From IMG/VR virus record IMGVR_UViG_3300025614_000002: a stretch of 63,178 bases of DNA; one strand, given 5' to 3'. Positions 36,687 through 46,197 of this stretch are shown here, piece by piece (position 1 is the first letter of the stretch; each line of letters starts with the position of its first letter). Source of the DNA: an uncultured virus (IMG/VR IMGVR_UViG_3300025614_000002) (lineage: Duplodnaviria > Heunggongvirae > Uroviricota > Caudoviricetes). A model generated the notes under the pieces. That model saw nothing but the letters and a program-made list of their open reading frames with translations, was not told the DNA's origin and made no database searches. Made by a program: the position numbers and the translations under genes.

Positions 36687-37135
36687 TTGTGCACAACATC
36701 AGTGACCGGAAGAACACCAAGGGCCTGCCCCGCGCCATCACAGTGGGCGGCACGGTGATTCGCCCCGGAAAGGCATCTGATATTCCGGACAGTGCGCTCA
36801 CCAAGAAGGTGCGGGCACTGCACGGTACGACACTGTGGATCGGGCGTACGCTCCCCCTCCTGCTCCGTCGCCGTTCCCGCGGTGCAGGAAGTGTGGCTGC
36901 CCCGATGACTCATCTCGAGTGTCGGACCTACCTGCGGGCCCTCTCCCGGGACGACCTGGTCATGCTGTGCGGCCAGGTCAGCCCGGCAGTCCCCGCAGGG
37001 GAGAAGCGCACGAGTGAGCTCCTGGTACGTGCGCTCACTCGGGCGCTCTTCTCTGGGGCTGAGGCCAGCCCCGAGTCCTTCTTCTGGCTGCGCCGGTGGA
37101 AGCGCCAGGGCGCCGACTACGAGGAGCGTGGCTGA
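36683..37135 (+). CDS. Hypothetical protein
   Basis: ATGA-coupled ORF in neck module. Confidence 0.65.
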   Translation: MIVHNISDRKNTKGLPRAITVGGTVIRPGKASDIPDSALTKKVRALHGTTLWIGRTLPLLLRRRSRGAGSVAAPMTHLECRTYLRALSRDDLVMLCGQVSPAVPAGEKRTSELLVRALTRALFSGAEASPESFFWLRRWKRQGADYEERG

Positions 37136-37635
37136 TGTCCTTCGAGTCCACCACCGTCATCCCTTCCGCAAGCAAGAGAATGAACGAGATTGTGGCGATG
37201 ATTCGCCTCTATATTCGTGATTTTCCCGAGTTGAACCGATTGATCTCGGGGGAAGAGACCAGTGATCGCATGATCGCGTGGGCGGTGGTGGACGCGCTGG
37301 ATGACTTCAACTCCACGCCGCCGTTCATCGGCAACTACGGCCTGACCAACTTCCCGTCCCTGAGTCTGCTGCGGGAGGCGACGGTCATCCGCATCCTCGA
37401 GTCCGTGGGGCTCCTGCAGACGCGCAACCAGATGAACTACTCCGATGGCGGAATCCAGGTCTCTGTGTCCGACAAGGGCAGCATGCTCATGGGCTGGATC
37501 CAGATGTTCCGGAACAGCTATGAGCAGAAGAAGACTCGGATCAAGTCGTCCTTGAACGTAGAGCTGGCCTTCTCGGGCGCAGGTGTGAGCTCTGAGTACT
37601 TCGTCGTCAACAGCCTGTACATCTCCACCTTCTGA
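37135..37635 (+). CDS. Putative head-tail connector/neck protein
   Basis: Start ATG 37135; helical adaptor-like, YSDGGIQVSV; position after MCP. Confidence 0.6.
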   Translation: MSFESTTVIPSASKRMNEIVAMIRLYIRDFPELNRLISGEETSDRMIAWAVVDALDDFNSTPPFIGNYGLTNFPSLSLLREATVIRILESVGLLQTRNQMNYSDGGIQVSVSDKGSMLMGWIQMFRNSYEQKKTRIKSSLNVELAFSGAGVSSEYFVVNSLYISTF

Positions 37636-37642
37636 GGCAGCC

Positions 37643-38191
37643 ATGGCTGAAGAGCTTTTCGACAGCACCACTTCCCCCGTTCCCGATGAGCTCTGGAAGG
37701 ACGCCAAGTCCCCCGTCCAGCGGCAGCTTGCCGCTGTCGAGTTCTGGGATGAGATGAACGGCCGGAAAGAGGCTGCGGTACGCGTGGACGACGCCTTCAC
37801 AGGCGGCGCTCGGGTGGCCGAGATCCTCAATCAGCATCCCGAAGCCTTGGGAGCAGGAATCGGCGGGGCCCTCATGGGGGCCAAGTCCCTGTACGACACT
37901 GGTGGAGTGGGTCCTGCCGGACGGTCCCGTGGGGAGGTAGAGCTTCTTGCTGCGATCGCGGAGCGCCAGAAGAAGCAGGAGCTCCAGGGCGGTACCCCCG
38001 GCATCCGAGATCGCCTCATGGGGAAGCAGCTCGCGCTCGCTGAGTACGACCGCAAGCATCGGATCCAGGCCGCCCTTCGCCAGTCCGGGATCGGTGCTGC
38101 TGCTGGTGGGGCAACGGGGCACTACAAGACCAACCCCGAACTGCAGGAGCGCATCCGGCGCTTCCTCCCTGGTGGGGGTGGCAGCAGGTGA
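37643..38191 (+). CDS. Putative cargo protein (FWDEMNGRKEAA, glycine zippers)
   Basis: Acidic leader then GAGIGGALMG and GIGAAAGGATG. Confidence 0.6.
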   Translation: MAEELFDSTTSPVPDELWKDAKSPVQRQLAAVEFWDEMNGRKEAAVRVDDAFTGGARVAEILNQHPEALGAGIGGALMGAKSLYDTGGVGPAGRSRGEVELLAAIAERQKKQELQGGTPGIRDRLMGKQLALAEYDRKHRIQAALRQSGIGAAAGGATGHYKTNPELQERIRRFLPGGGGSR

Positions 38192-39066
38192 TCACGATCG
38201 TCAACGAGCGCGTGGTCTCCTTCTCCCTGGACTACCAGGATGTGTTCTGGGAGGTGAAGCCCACCAATGAAGATCTGCAGCAGTACGAATTCTACGTTCA
38301 GCGGTCAGAGGCGGAGGGAGGCCCTTGGCTGACCATCGCCGGACCGATGGTAGATCAGTACTTCGTGCGGGACAGCGCCGTTCCGATGATCACGACGAAC
38401 GCACGTACGCTGTTCTACAGGGTTCGCGCGCGTCATGTCCCCAGTGGGAATGAGGCCTTCTCAGTCATCTTCGACCGTGAGGGCACTCCAGATCTACTCG
38501 CCCAAGAGATGATCCGGAGAGAGCGTGTCCTGTTCGAGGAGTTCACAGGTACGCGCGCCTGGTTGTTCCCCCGACGCAGCTTCGGGCAGCGGTGCCCGAA
38601 TTGCTACGATGATGTCCTCGGAAAGAAGATCGATGACCAATGCCCTACCTGCTGGGGCACAGGGTTCAGCGGCGGGTACCACTACCCGATCTCTTTCTGG
38701 GCGCAGATCGACTCCGGGGAGGAGACGGAGCAGGTCACCACGGAAGACCACCGACGCGTGCAGCATTCCCAGCTCCGCGCCAATCCGTCCCCCGCTCTGA
38801 AGCCCCTCGATCTGGTCGTGGACTTCCAGAACCGGCGCTGGCGAGTCGTGCAGGTGTCTGGCACCACCCTCCGCGGAGCCACGGTGCGCCAGGAGGTCCG
38901 GCTGGCGCTGATCCAGCGGGGCTCCATCGAAGATCGGATCCCCCTGAAGGTCACGAACTCCTCGGTACAGCTGGTTCCCAAGCGCAACTTCGTAAACGCG
39001 CATACGCTGGAAGCGAGCGATAGGTCTCCTTCAGACTTCCTCGGACTGTACGGAGTCACGGAATGA
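38188..39066 (+). CDS. Putative neck/head-completion protein with Zn finger
   Basis: FN3-like N-terminus; CPNC...CPTCWGTGF. Confidence 0.6.
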   Translation: MITIVNERVVSFSLDYQDVFWEVKPTNEDLQQYEFYVQRSEAEGGPWLTIAGPMVDQYFVRDSAVPMITTNARTLFYRVRARHVPSGNEAFSVIFDREGTPDLLAQEMIRRERVLFEEFTGTRAWLFPRRSFGQRCPNCYDDVLGKKIDDQCPTCWGTGFSGGYHYPISFWAQIDSGEETEQVTTEDHRRVQHSQLRANPSPALKPLDLVVDFQNRRWRVVQVSGTTLRGATVRQEVRLALIQRGSIEDRIPLKVTNSSVQLVPKRNFVNAHTLEASDRSPSDFLGLYGVTE

Positions 39067-39386
39067 GTACGGACAAGAAGCCGACGCTGCTCGGGGCGGT
39101 CCTCCCCCCTGTCCTGGCCACTGGAGCTGGTGCCCTGGTCGGCGGGGTTGCTGGTGGCGTGGCCACTCGGGCGATGCTTCGCTCCCCTGGGGTCCGTCAG
39201 CGGCTTTCTCGCATGACCCCGGAGCAGCGTAGGAAGCTGGTCCAGACGGTTGAGATGCTGGGTGGACCTGTGATCGGCACTGCTGGTGCCGTGGGCTCTC
39301 TGGCTACACGCGACTACCTCGAGGCCAAGCTTCAGAAGCGAAAGCAGATGGAAGCTGAGCTCTCCACCCGTTCGGGTACTCAGTGA
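39063..39386 (+). CDS. Small glycine-zipper membrane-like protein
   Basis: Two hydrophobic G-rich helices. Confidence 0.6.
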   Translation: MSTDKKPTLLGAVLPPVLATGAGALVGGVAGGVATRAMLRSPGVRQRLSRMTPEQRRKLVQTVEMLGGPVIGTAGAVGSLATRDYLEAKLQKRKQMEAELSTRSGTQ

Positions 39387-40222
39387 GCTTTCCGAGCTCC
39401 AGGCGCTCTGCGCTCGCTCTCGGTCACGGGGAAGACCCCGGCGTACACGCGTTGCGCCTGTACGTGCAGTACCTTCAAGGCCTCTTCAACTGGCTGCCGA
39501 AGGGTACGTTCCACTGGGAACCGGATGATGAGATCTCAGAGATCGTGATTCGTGCGCAGGCTCCCCTGAACACGGAGGTGGTGGGCAAGCGCCCCGCTAT
39601 CACTGTCGTAATGGGCCCCTCTCAGTCCATGAACCTGGGGATCGACAACCTGATGTCGATGGACCTGCGGACAGGCCACCGGATCCGCTCGGACATCACG
39701 TCGGGCCACTTGGTGGTGTACTGCATCGCAAATAGCGACATCGTCGCCATGCGCTTGGGGCACCTGGTCAGCCACCACACGAGGGTCAACCAGCGCCTTT
39801 TGGAGAGTGCGGGGGGCTTCCATGCCATCGCGCGTCCCGCGCCCACGATCAACTCCCCGAGTCCTCCAGGCCAACTGGTTATGGGGGACTCCGAGCAGCT
39901 GATCATGGTCCAGGTCAACATCCCCTTCCAGATGCAGTGGACCTGGGGAACCAGCCCGAAGCAGCCCGCCCAGTTCCGGAGCCTCGACATGGTTACCGCA
40001 TCCAGGCGAGCTTCGGACTATGATCTGCAGGACTCTCAGACAGTCTCTTCGATCCGCTTGGCGATGAGCACCTCGGACGTCTTGGTACGTCGGGTGAGAA
40101 GTAGTAGTATCGTCAACAGAAGCAACGGTCTGCCCACCTACAGCCGACCGGCTGTTGAAACGATTCACGATGGGACCGAAGACTTCCAGATCTCCGGCCT
40201 CGAAGCATTTCAAGACGAATAG
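39383..40222 (+). CDS. Putative tail terminator/completion protein
   Basis: KRPAITV motif; immediately upstream of sheath. Confidence 0.55.
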   Translation: MSFPSSRRSALALGHGEDPGVHALRLYVQYLQGLFNWLPKGTFHWEPDDEISEIVIRAQAPLNTEVVGKRPAITVVMGPSQSMNLGIDNLMSMDLRTGHRIRSDITSGHLVVYCIANSDIVAMRLGHLVSHHTRVNQRLLESAGGFHAIARPAPTINSPSPPGQLVMGDSEQLIMVQVNIPFQMQWTWGTSPKQPAQFRSLDMVTASRRASDYDLQDSQTVSSIRLAMSTSDVLVRRVRSSSIVNRSNGLPTYSRPAVETIHDGTEDFQISGLEAFQDE

Positions 40223-40234
40223 GAGCAGACACCC

Positions 40235-43200
40235 ATGGCTTCCGAAAACCGCCCCGGTGTGATCGTCGTTCAGGAGCTCTCTGAGACTCCGGCAGCTGTC
40301 TCGGCCCCCACTCTGAACCCGGTGGCGATTGCCCCGTGCTACCAGATCATCGAGGCCCTGGAGTCCAACGGCTCGCTCAACGACGACTCCCGACACGCCG
40401 CGCAGAAGTACCAGCAGGCGGCGATGACCGTCACGCAGGCTGAGTTCCCAGACCCCCGCGGCAACATCGAGGAGATCGATGTCCTCGAGGACGAGGTCGG
40501 CCTCCGGGTCTACTACGGCGGGCTGCTCAGCACCCTCGCCCGGGGCTCCCACAGCTCCACGGGATCTGCCTTCCTCGCTGCTGCGAACGGCTCCACTCGT
40601 CCGGCTCTCCTCCTGACGGAGCGAGAGACGGGGTCCGAGGTTCATGAGTTCGGCGCCACTGGGAAGAACCTGCTCATCGCGCTGAACCGTCAGAGCAACG
40701 TGACCTACTCCACGGTGGTCCTGACCGGCGATATGACCCCCACGGAGGTGGCCGCGGCCATCAACGCGGCAGTCGAGGTCGCGGAGGTCATCGACGAGGA
40801 CAACTCCTACGGCATCACGGTCAGTGCGGACCACGAGGCAGTGCTGCTCTCGAGCTCTGCCTTCGGTGCTGCTGCGTCCATCGCGATCTCGGGTGCTGCC
40901 GCTCTGGTCCTGGGCATGGCGTCCGCTACGGTCTGGTACCGGGTGTCCGGTGCGGGCTTCTACGGTCTGGACGACGGTGATGGTGACCTGACCACCCCGT
41001 GGATCTCCTGGTCCCGTGGGACCTACTTCCTGGACGCTGTCGATACCACTCCGGCCGCTCCCGCGTACTTCATCGACCAGGATGGGGCGGGGTCGTCCTC
41101 CCCCGCCAGCGCGATGTACTTCTCCGGTGCCAGCGAGACCATCCCCCTTCGGGCGGCCACGGCCACCACGGACGGAGATGAGTTCTGGGCAGATGGCGCC
41201 CAGTACGGCGGTGCCGTGGTGACCCGGGCGGAGGCCAGTCGGTTCAAGCTCGGAGTTCTGGACACCGCTCGCAGCGTCTACAGCAGCGACGGAGACCTCA
41301 CCTCGGCGGTCTACACGACCATCGAGGTGGGCACCCTCTCGAACACCAACAACCAGTTCGCCCCCAAGTACGCGTACTTCGTGGCCAACAACCTGGTGTT
41401 CGGAGAGGTCACTCCGGAGGGAGAGGCCGCTACGCTCACGGGCGGCGAGACCGGCCTGGACGCGCAGGTCGCGGTGCTTCTCGGTGACTCCTCGACGATC
41501 ACCTTCGCCGCCGTCCTCTCGGGCAGCACCTTCGCTCTGACTCTGACCACCGACGGTGTGCAGGGCGACGAGCAGGTGGTGACCTTCAGTGGCAGCTACG
41601 CGGACCTGGCTGCGGTGGCCACGGAGCTCACGGACAGCCTCACGGGTGTCGCGGCCACGGTCTTCAACGACGGATCGGATGACCGGCTCAAGCTCGTCAC
41701 CACCGAGTCCGGGGCCGATCAGAGCTTCACGCTCTCGACGGGTTCTGATGCCTCGATCGTAGAGGCCCTGGGCTTCTCTGACGGCGACGAGGGTATGGGC
41801 AAGGATGTCGAGTTCGCGGAGCAGGCGGTCATCCAGACCGCGACCGTGGACTACAACGGCCTCGTGGGTGACTCCACGGAGACCTGGACCTTCCTGCTCA
41901 CGGACAGTCGGGGTACCGACATGACCTGGTCCGTCTCGATCCCCTTCCTCGATGCGGAAGACCGGCTCCACGACGTGGCCGAGTTGATCTGCGGAGGCGC
42001 AACCTACGACGTCGATGAAGATTGGTACCCGATGTACCTCTACGGGGACTCGGACGCGATCCTCATCGGCTACCTGCAGGTCTACGACAGCTCGGATGTG
42101 CTGGTCCCCGATGCCGCAGACATGGAGACGAACGGCTACTTCAAGATCACCTCCCTCGAGGGCGGGTCGGATGTCGTGTTCTCTCTGTCGGAGACCAGTG
42201 GCCCCGGTACGACGACCCTCGGTGTCTCCGGCGGAGAGCTGGATGTTCAGGGAGATGACACTCTCGCGGGCACGCAGCTGATCTTCACGCTGGATAACAA
42301 CCCGGTCGAGATCGACGTCACCTTCGAGACCAACTCCCTGACGGATGCGGTGGACCTCATCAACGAGGATGAGACTGTCTCTGGGTCGATCGACATCGCC
42401 AGTGAAGACGGTGGCGCCATGGTCCTGACCAGTGCGGTCGCCGGTGCGTCCTCGGTCGTGACCATCGACTCGACCGGAGATGCGGCTGCGGTCCTCGGTC
42501 TCTCGGGCGAGGACACAGGAAGTGGTCGCCCGAACCCGGACTTCTACCTGGATGGCGACGGCAGCCTGCAGGTGGGGGCCAACATCCTCCGCAACCGCAG
42601 CACCGGGATTCCCTACGGGATCACCTCGGGTGGCGGTGCAGATCTGTACATCGAGTACCGGGGTCTCCGCCTGGATGTCTCTTCCTCTGCCGCGGACCCC
42701 GCACTGCTGACGTTCGACGACATCGACACGATGGTTGCGGCCATCGGCCCGATCTCGACGGACAACCCCCTGGCGCTCGCCTGCTCGCTGATGCTCCAGA
42801 ACGCGCCGTCGCAGTCCTGCTCGGCCCTGGGCCTCTCGGCTGTGTCTGCCGCAGCTCCCATGGGTACGGTCACCGCCCATCTGTCGGCGCTCACCTTCCT
42901 CGAGAGCAAGGATGTCTACACCCTCGCTCCGATGACGGACGACGAGTTCGTGCAGCAGCTCTACGCTACGCACGTCGAGTCCATGTCGCAGCCCGAAGAG
43001 CGCGGTGAGCGGATCTGCTTCATCTGGCAGGGTCAGCCCGACCGTGATGTGGACACCTCCCTGGCTTCCGGAGAGGACGCGGAGGTCGAGGGCGCCCTGG
43101 CTGTGAACCTCGGAACCAACCCCACCGACGCCATCGTCGGAGCCGGGCTGGATCCCAGTGACCTGTCGGTGGCCGATGGGGTCTACCTCGAGCTCGTGAC

Positions 43201-44047
43201 GGTCTCCCTCGGAGAGACCAACATCTCTCGCTACTCGGTGGCCTCCCAGGCGTCCGCTCTCACGACGATCCGCACTACCCTCGCCTCCGGCGAGAATGAT
43301 GACGGGTTCTACTCGGAGACGGACCTCACCGATGACGTGGGCGATGAGGGCATCACCTTCACGCTCAAGGTTCGCGGGGATGAGCTGCTCATCACGGGCA
43401 CCGAGCTCCCGGACAAGCCCGCCATCGCGGAGTCCTCCGCCGCACAGGGCGAGTCCTACTCGAACCGCCGCGTGTTCATGCTCTACTGCGACAACGTAGA
43501 CACCAGCATCGATGGGGTCGTCACCCCCGTGCCTGGCTACTACGTCTCCGCGGCCATCGCGGGCATGATCGCTGAGCAGTCTCCGCAGCAGCCCTTCACC
43601 CGGGTCTCGCTCACGGGCTTCTCCCAGGTGTACGGCACGGACTCGGTCTTCAGTGAGAACCAGCTCGATACCATCGCTGACGGTGGGCGCTACGTGATGA
43701 TCAACCAGGGTGGCCGCATCGCCTCCCGGCATCAGCGTTCGACCAACTCGGCCAGTATCGAGGCGCGCGAGCTCTCCATCACGAAGGCCATCGACTTCCT
43801 GGCCAAGGGCCTCCGTGCCACGAACCGTGCCTACATCGGCCGGTACGTGATCAACCCCGGCTTCATCGACCAGCTGGTGATGTCCAACACTGGGTACCTC
43901 GCGCGAGTGTCGCGGGCCGGTGTGGTCAACTCCGCCCATCTCAAGAGCGTGCTCCAGGACAGCAGCGCGCCTGATACGGTACTGGTCGAAGTCGAGGTCG
44001 CTCCGGCCTACCCGTGCAACACCATTCGCATCACCATCGTCTCGTAG
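40235..44047 (+). CDS. Tail sheath protein (1270 aa)
   Basis: N-terminal RPGVIVVQE; C-terminal RHQRST..RELSI...YIG...PAYPCNTIRITI. Confidence 0.85.
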   Translation: MASENRPGVIVVQELSETPAAVSAPTLNPVAIAPCYQIIEALESNGSLNDDSRHAAQKYQQAAMTVTQAEFPDPRGNIEEIDVLEDEVGLRVYYGGLLSTLARGSHSSTGSAFLAAANGSTRPALLLTERETGSEVHEFGATGKNLLIALNRQSNVTYSTVVLTGDMTPTEVAAAINAAVEVAEVIDEDNSYGITVSADHEAVLLSSSAFGAAASIAISGAAALVLGMASATVWYRVSGAGFYGLDDGDGDLTTPWISWSRGTYFLDAVDTTPAAPAYFIDQDGAGSSSPASAMYFSGASETIPLRAATATTDGDEFWADGAQYGGAVVTRAEASRFKLGVLDTARSVYSSDGDLTSAVYTTIEVGTLSNTNNQFAPKYAYFVANNLVFGEVTPEGEAATLTGGETGLDAQVAVLLGDSSTITFAAVLSGSTFALTLTTDGVQGDEQVVTFSGSYADLAAVATELTDSLTGVAATVFNDGSDDRLKLVTTESGADQSFTLSTGSDASIVEALGFSDGDEGMGKDVEFAEQAVIQTATVDYNGLVGDSTETWTFLLTDSRGTDMTWSVSIPFLDAEDRLHDVAELICGGATYDVDEDWYPMYLYGDSDAILIGYLQVYDSSDVLVPDAADMETNGYFKITSLEGGSDVVFSLSETSGPGTTTLGVSGGELDVQGDDTLAGTQLIFTLDNNPVEIDVTFETNSLTDAVDLINEDETVSGSIDIASEDGGAMVLTSAVAGASSVVTIDSTGDAAAVLGLSGEDTGSGRPNPDFYLDGDGSLQVGANILRNRSTGIPYGITSGGGADLYIEYRGLRLDVSSSAADPALLTFDDIDTMVAAIGPISTDNPLALACSLMLQNAPSQSCSALGLSAVSAAAPMGTVTAHLSALTFLESKDVYTLAPMTDDEFVQQLYATHVESMSQPEERGERICFIWQGQPDRDVDTSLASGEDAEVEGALAVNLGTNPTDAIVGAGLDPSDLSVADGVYLELVTVSLGETNISRYSVASQASALTTIRTTLASGENDDGFYSETDLTDDVGDEGITFTLKVRGDELLITGTELPDKPAIAESSAAQGESYSNRRVFMLYCDNVDTSIDGVVTPVPGYYVSAAIAGMIAEQSPQQPFTRVSLTGFSQVYGTDSVFSENQLDTIADGGRYVMINQGGRIASRHQRSTNSASIEARELSITKAIDFLAKGLRATNRAYIGRYVINPGFIDQLVMSNTGYLARVSRAGVVNSAHLKSVLQDSSAPDTVLVEVEVAPAYPCNTIRITIVS

Positions 44048-44056
44048 GAGCTCCCC

Positions 44057-44530
44057 ATGTCCGTCTCCGCCCCCACCTCCGCTGCTGTCGCTGCCGTCCC
44101 TGATGTTGGCGACAAGTGGCACCGCAAGCGCGTGATGTCGAAGCTCGACGATCGCGACTCCGTCCTCGAGGAGGGCATCCAGCTCGTTGAGGAGTGGGAT
44201 GCCGCTGTCTACCCCTTCATCTCCAACCTCACTCCTCCTGAGGCGCCTGGGGCGACGAAGTACAACGACGTCGCTGCGACCGGTAGCGACTTCGACCTGG
44301 TCTTCGCGATCGGCGGCGCCGGTTGCACGGCGAGCTCCACCGTCACCTGCACGGTCGGCTCGGAGAGCATCGGCTCGGGTTCCATCACTCCGGGCACGAA
44401 CACCATCACCGTGACGGTCCCCGACATGGCGGACTGGACGACTTCTCCGGCGGCCAACGACATCGTGTCGATCTACCTGCGGATCGACAACGTGCTCTGT
44501 CCGGTGGTCTCGCTCCCTGTCTGCGTGTGA
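44057..44530 (+). CDS. Hypothetical structural protein
   Basis: AGGAG SD; beta-rich. Confidence 0.65.
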   Translation: MSVSAPTSAAVAAVPDVGDKWHRKRVMSKLDDRDSVLEEGIQLVEEWDAAVYPFISNLTPPEAPGATKYNDVAATGSDFDLVFAIGGAGCTASSTVTCTVGSESIGSGSITPGTNTITVTVPDMADWTTSPAANDIVSIYLRIDNVLCPVVSLPVCV

Positions 44531-44560
44531 TCTGAACTTCTTCGCCTGAGGACATCACCC

Positions 44561-45259
44561 ATGGCAACTCTTTCCCAGTGGTCCCCCTACGAGGACAACG
44601 TCCAGAGCGGCATGTCGGATGGGCGGTTCATGAACGCCGCCTACACCGTCATCTGTGCTGGTCCGCCTCGTCTCGCGAACGTGGGTGGTCCCGAGTTCCT
44701 CGGTGCTGCCCTCGCTGCGGGCTCCACAGCTGAAGACATGCTGGCCTACCCCATCGGGGTGGTCCAGAACTTCAACCTGAGCCACAACATGCAGCTGAGT
44801 CGCATCTTCGAGATCGGCTCGGTTCGCAGCTACTTCATCCCCGGCCGGGTGATGGGGCAGATCGGCCTCGGTCGTGTGCTCTACCACGGGCCGTCCCTGT
44901 TGCGCGTTCTGTACGCGTACTACACGGACATCATCCCCCCGACCTTCGTGAGTCCGGTCTTCTCGAACATCGGCGCAGCCACCGTGGCCAACCCCCACGA
45001 TGTGGTCATCCCGCCCGGCTACGAGAACATCTTCCTCAACCTGGCCTCGGATCTCTTCACTCAGCCGGTCGGCCTGCTGACCCTGATGAAGGACTCCAAC
45101 GAGGACACTCTGGGCGCCGGCTACTTCGAGTCGTGCTACATCCCGAACCACACCCTGAGCACGGATGCGATGGGTACGCTGATTCAGGAGAGCGCCTCGG
45201 TGCAGTTCGAGCGGATGGTTCCGGTCAACACTGAAGTCGTCGGTCTGATCACCGAATAG
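44561..45259 (+). CDS. Tail tube protein
   Basis: PIGVVQNFNL..RIFEIGS..YFIPGR; ESASVQFER; just downstream of sheath. Confidence 0.7.
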   Translation: MATLSQWSPYEDNVQSGMSDGRFMNAAYTVICAGPPRLANVGGPEFLGAALAAGSTAEDMLAYPIGVVQNFNLSHNMQLSRIFEIGSVRSYFIPGRVMGQIGLGRVLYHGPSLLRVLYAYYTDIIPPTFVSPVFSNIGAATVANPHDVVIPPGYENIFLNLASDLFTQPVGLLTLMKDSNEDTLGAGYFESCYIPNHTLSTDAMGTLIQESASVQFERMVPVNTEVVGLITE

Positions 45260-45268
45260 GAGAGAGTC

Positions 45269-45934
45269 GTGAACAAGCTCGCAGAGTATGAGGCCCTTCT
45301 CGAAGATCATCCCCTCTGGGATGATGAGCGGCAGCTCATCAAGACCGCGTCCGTCGATGAAGTCTACCTGACGGGAGAGCTCATCAAGGCTGCCTCCCTG
45401 GGGTCGGAAGACGATCTCATCTGGGTACTGGATGTGGCAGACGAGATGGGAATCGACAAAGAGGCGGGCCTCTTTGCTCGTGCCCTGAAGGGTCTCGCCT
45501 CGGGGGTAGGCCGTGCCGGCAAGGCAGTGGGCTCCAAGAGCTTGACTGGGGCAGCGTCAAACCTCAACCTCCGGGCGGCTCGCAGTGCCCAGAAGTCCAT
45601 GCACCGCATGTCCGGCGCTGCGCCCACGCTTCGGAATCTCCAGAAGTACCAGAAGGCCAAGGAAGTGGGCCGCGCAGCCGTCACCCAGGGCCGGGCGCAG
45701 CAGTCTACGGCACAGGGAATGTCGGGCCTTCGTGCGCGTGCGGCGGAGCGATTCGGTGCGGCGAAGAACCGTATGACGCCGTCGGCGCCCCCGGTGTCGG
45801 CCCCCGCCGGTCCGGGCTCCAGTCAGGCCATGCAGGGTGCCAGTGCTGCTCCGGCTCGTCGGACGCAGTCTGCTCTGGCTCGTATGCGGGATCGCGTCCA
45901 TGCTCGCCCCCGCGGCATGGCCTACGCGTACTGA
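45269..45934 (+). CDS. Putative cargo protein (MNKLAEYE..HPLW leader)
   Basis: KTAS, KAAS, KEAG, then basic A/R-rich payload. Confidence 0.7.
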   Translation: MNKLAEYEALLEDHPLWDDERQLIKTASVDEVYLTGELIKAASLGSEDDLIWVLDVADEMGIDKEAGLFARALKGLASGVGRAGKAVGSKSLTGAASNLNLRAARSAQKSMHRMSGAAPTLRNLQKYQKAKEVGRAAVTQGRAQQSTAQGMSGLRARAAERFGAAKNRMTPSAPPVSAPAGPGSSQAMQGASAAPARRTQSALARMRDRVHARPRGMAYAY

Positions 45935-45942
45935 GGGCCCCG

Positions 45943-46197
45943 ATGGACTCCGATGTCCTGTACTTCTTCGAGGACGAGCTCGAGAAGCTCGCGTCTGATC
46001 CCCGCCGCAAGCGGCATCAGTACTACATGCGCAACAAGAACCGCATCCAGTCCCAGCAGCGCATGTACCGGAAGAAGAACGCGCACAAGATCAAGCGCCG
46101 GCAGAAGATCTACCGGCGTCAGGTCGGCGCAGGGATGCGGCGTCAGCGGAAGCGGATCTCCACCGGAAGCTCCTACACCTACGGGGGCTACCGGTGA
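45943..46197 (+). CDS. Protamine-like basic protein with FFEDELEKLAS leader
   Basis: Acidic 18-aa leader then R/K/Y-rich body. Confidence 0.7.
   Translation: MDSDVLYFFEDELEKLASDPRRKRHQYYMRNKNRIQSQQRMYRKKNAHKIKRRQKIYRRQVGAGMRRQRKRISTGSSYTYGGYR

Noticed and set aside
39536..44122. 1528-aa minus-strand ORF
   Set aside because: Antisense shadow of the sheath gene caused by GC codon bias; no motifs
13135..45259. eCIS/T6SS/tailocin locus
   Set aside because: Portal, terminase, protease and MCP indicate a complete phage
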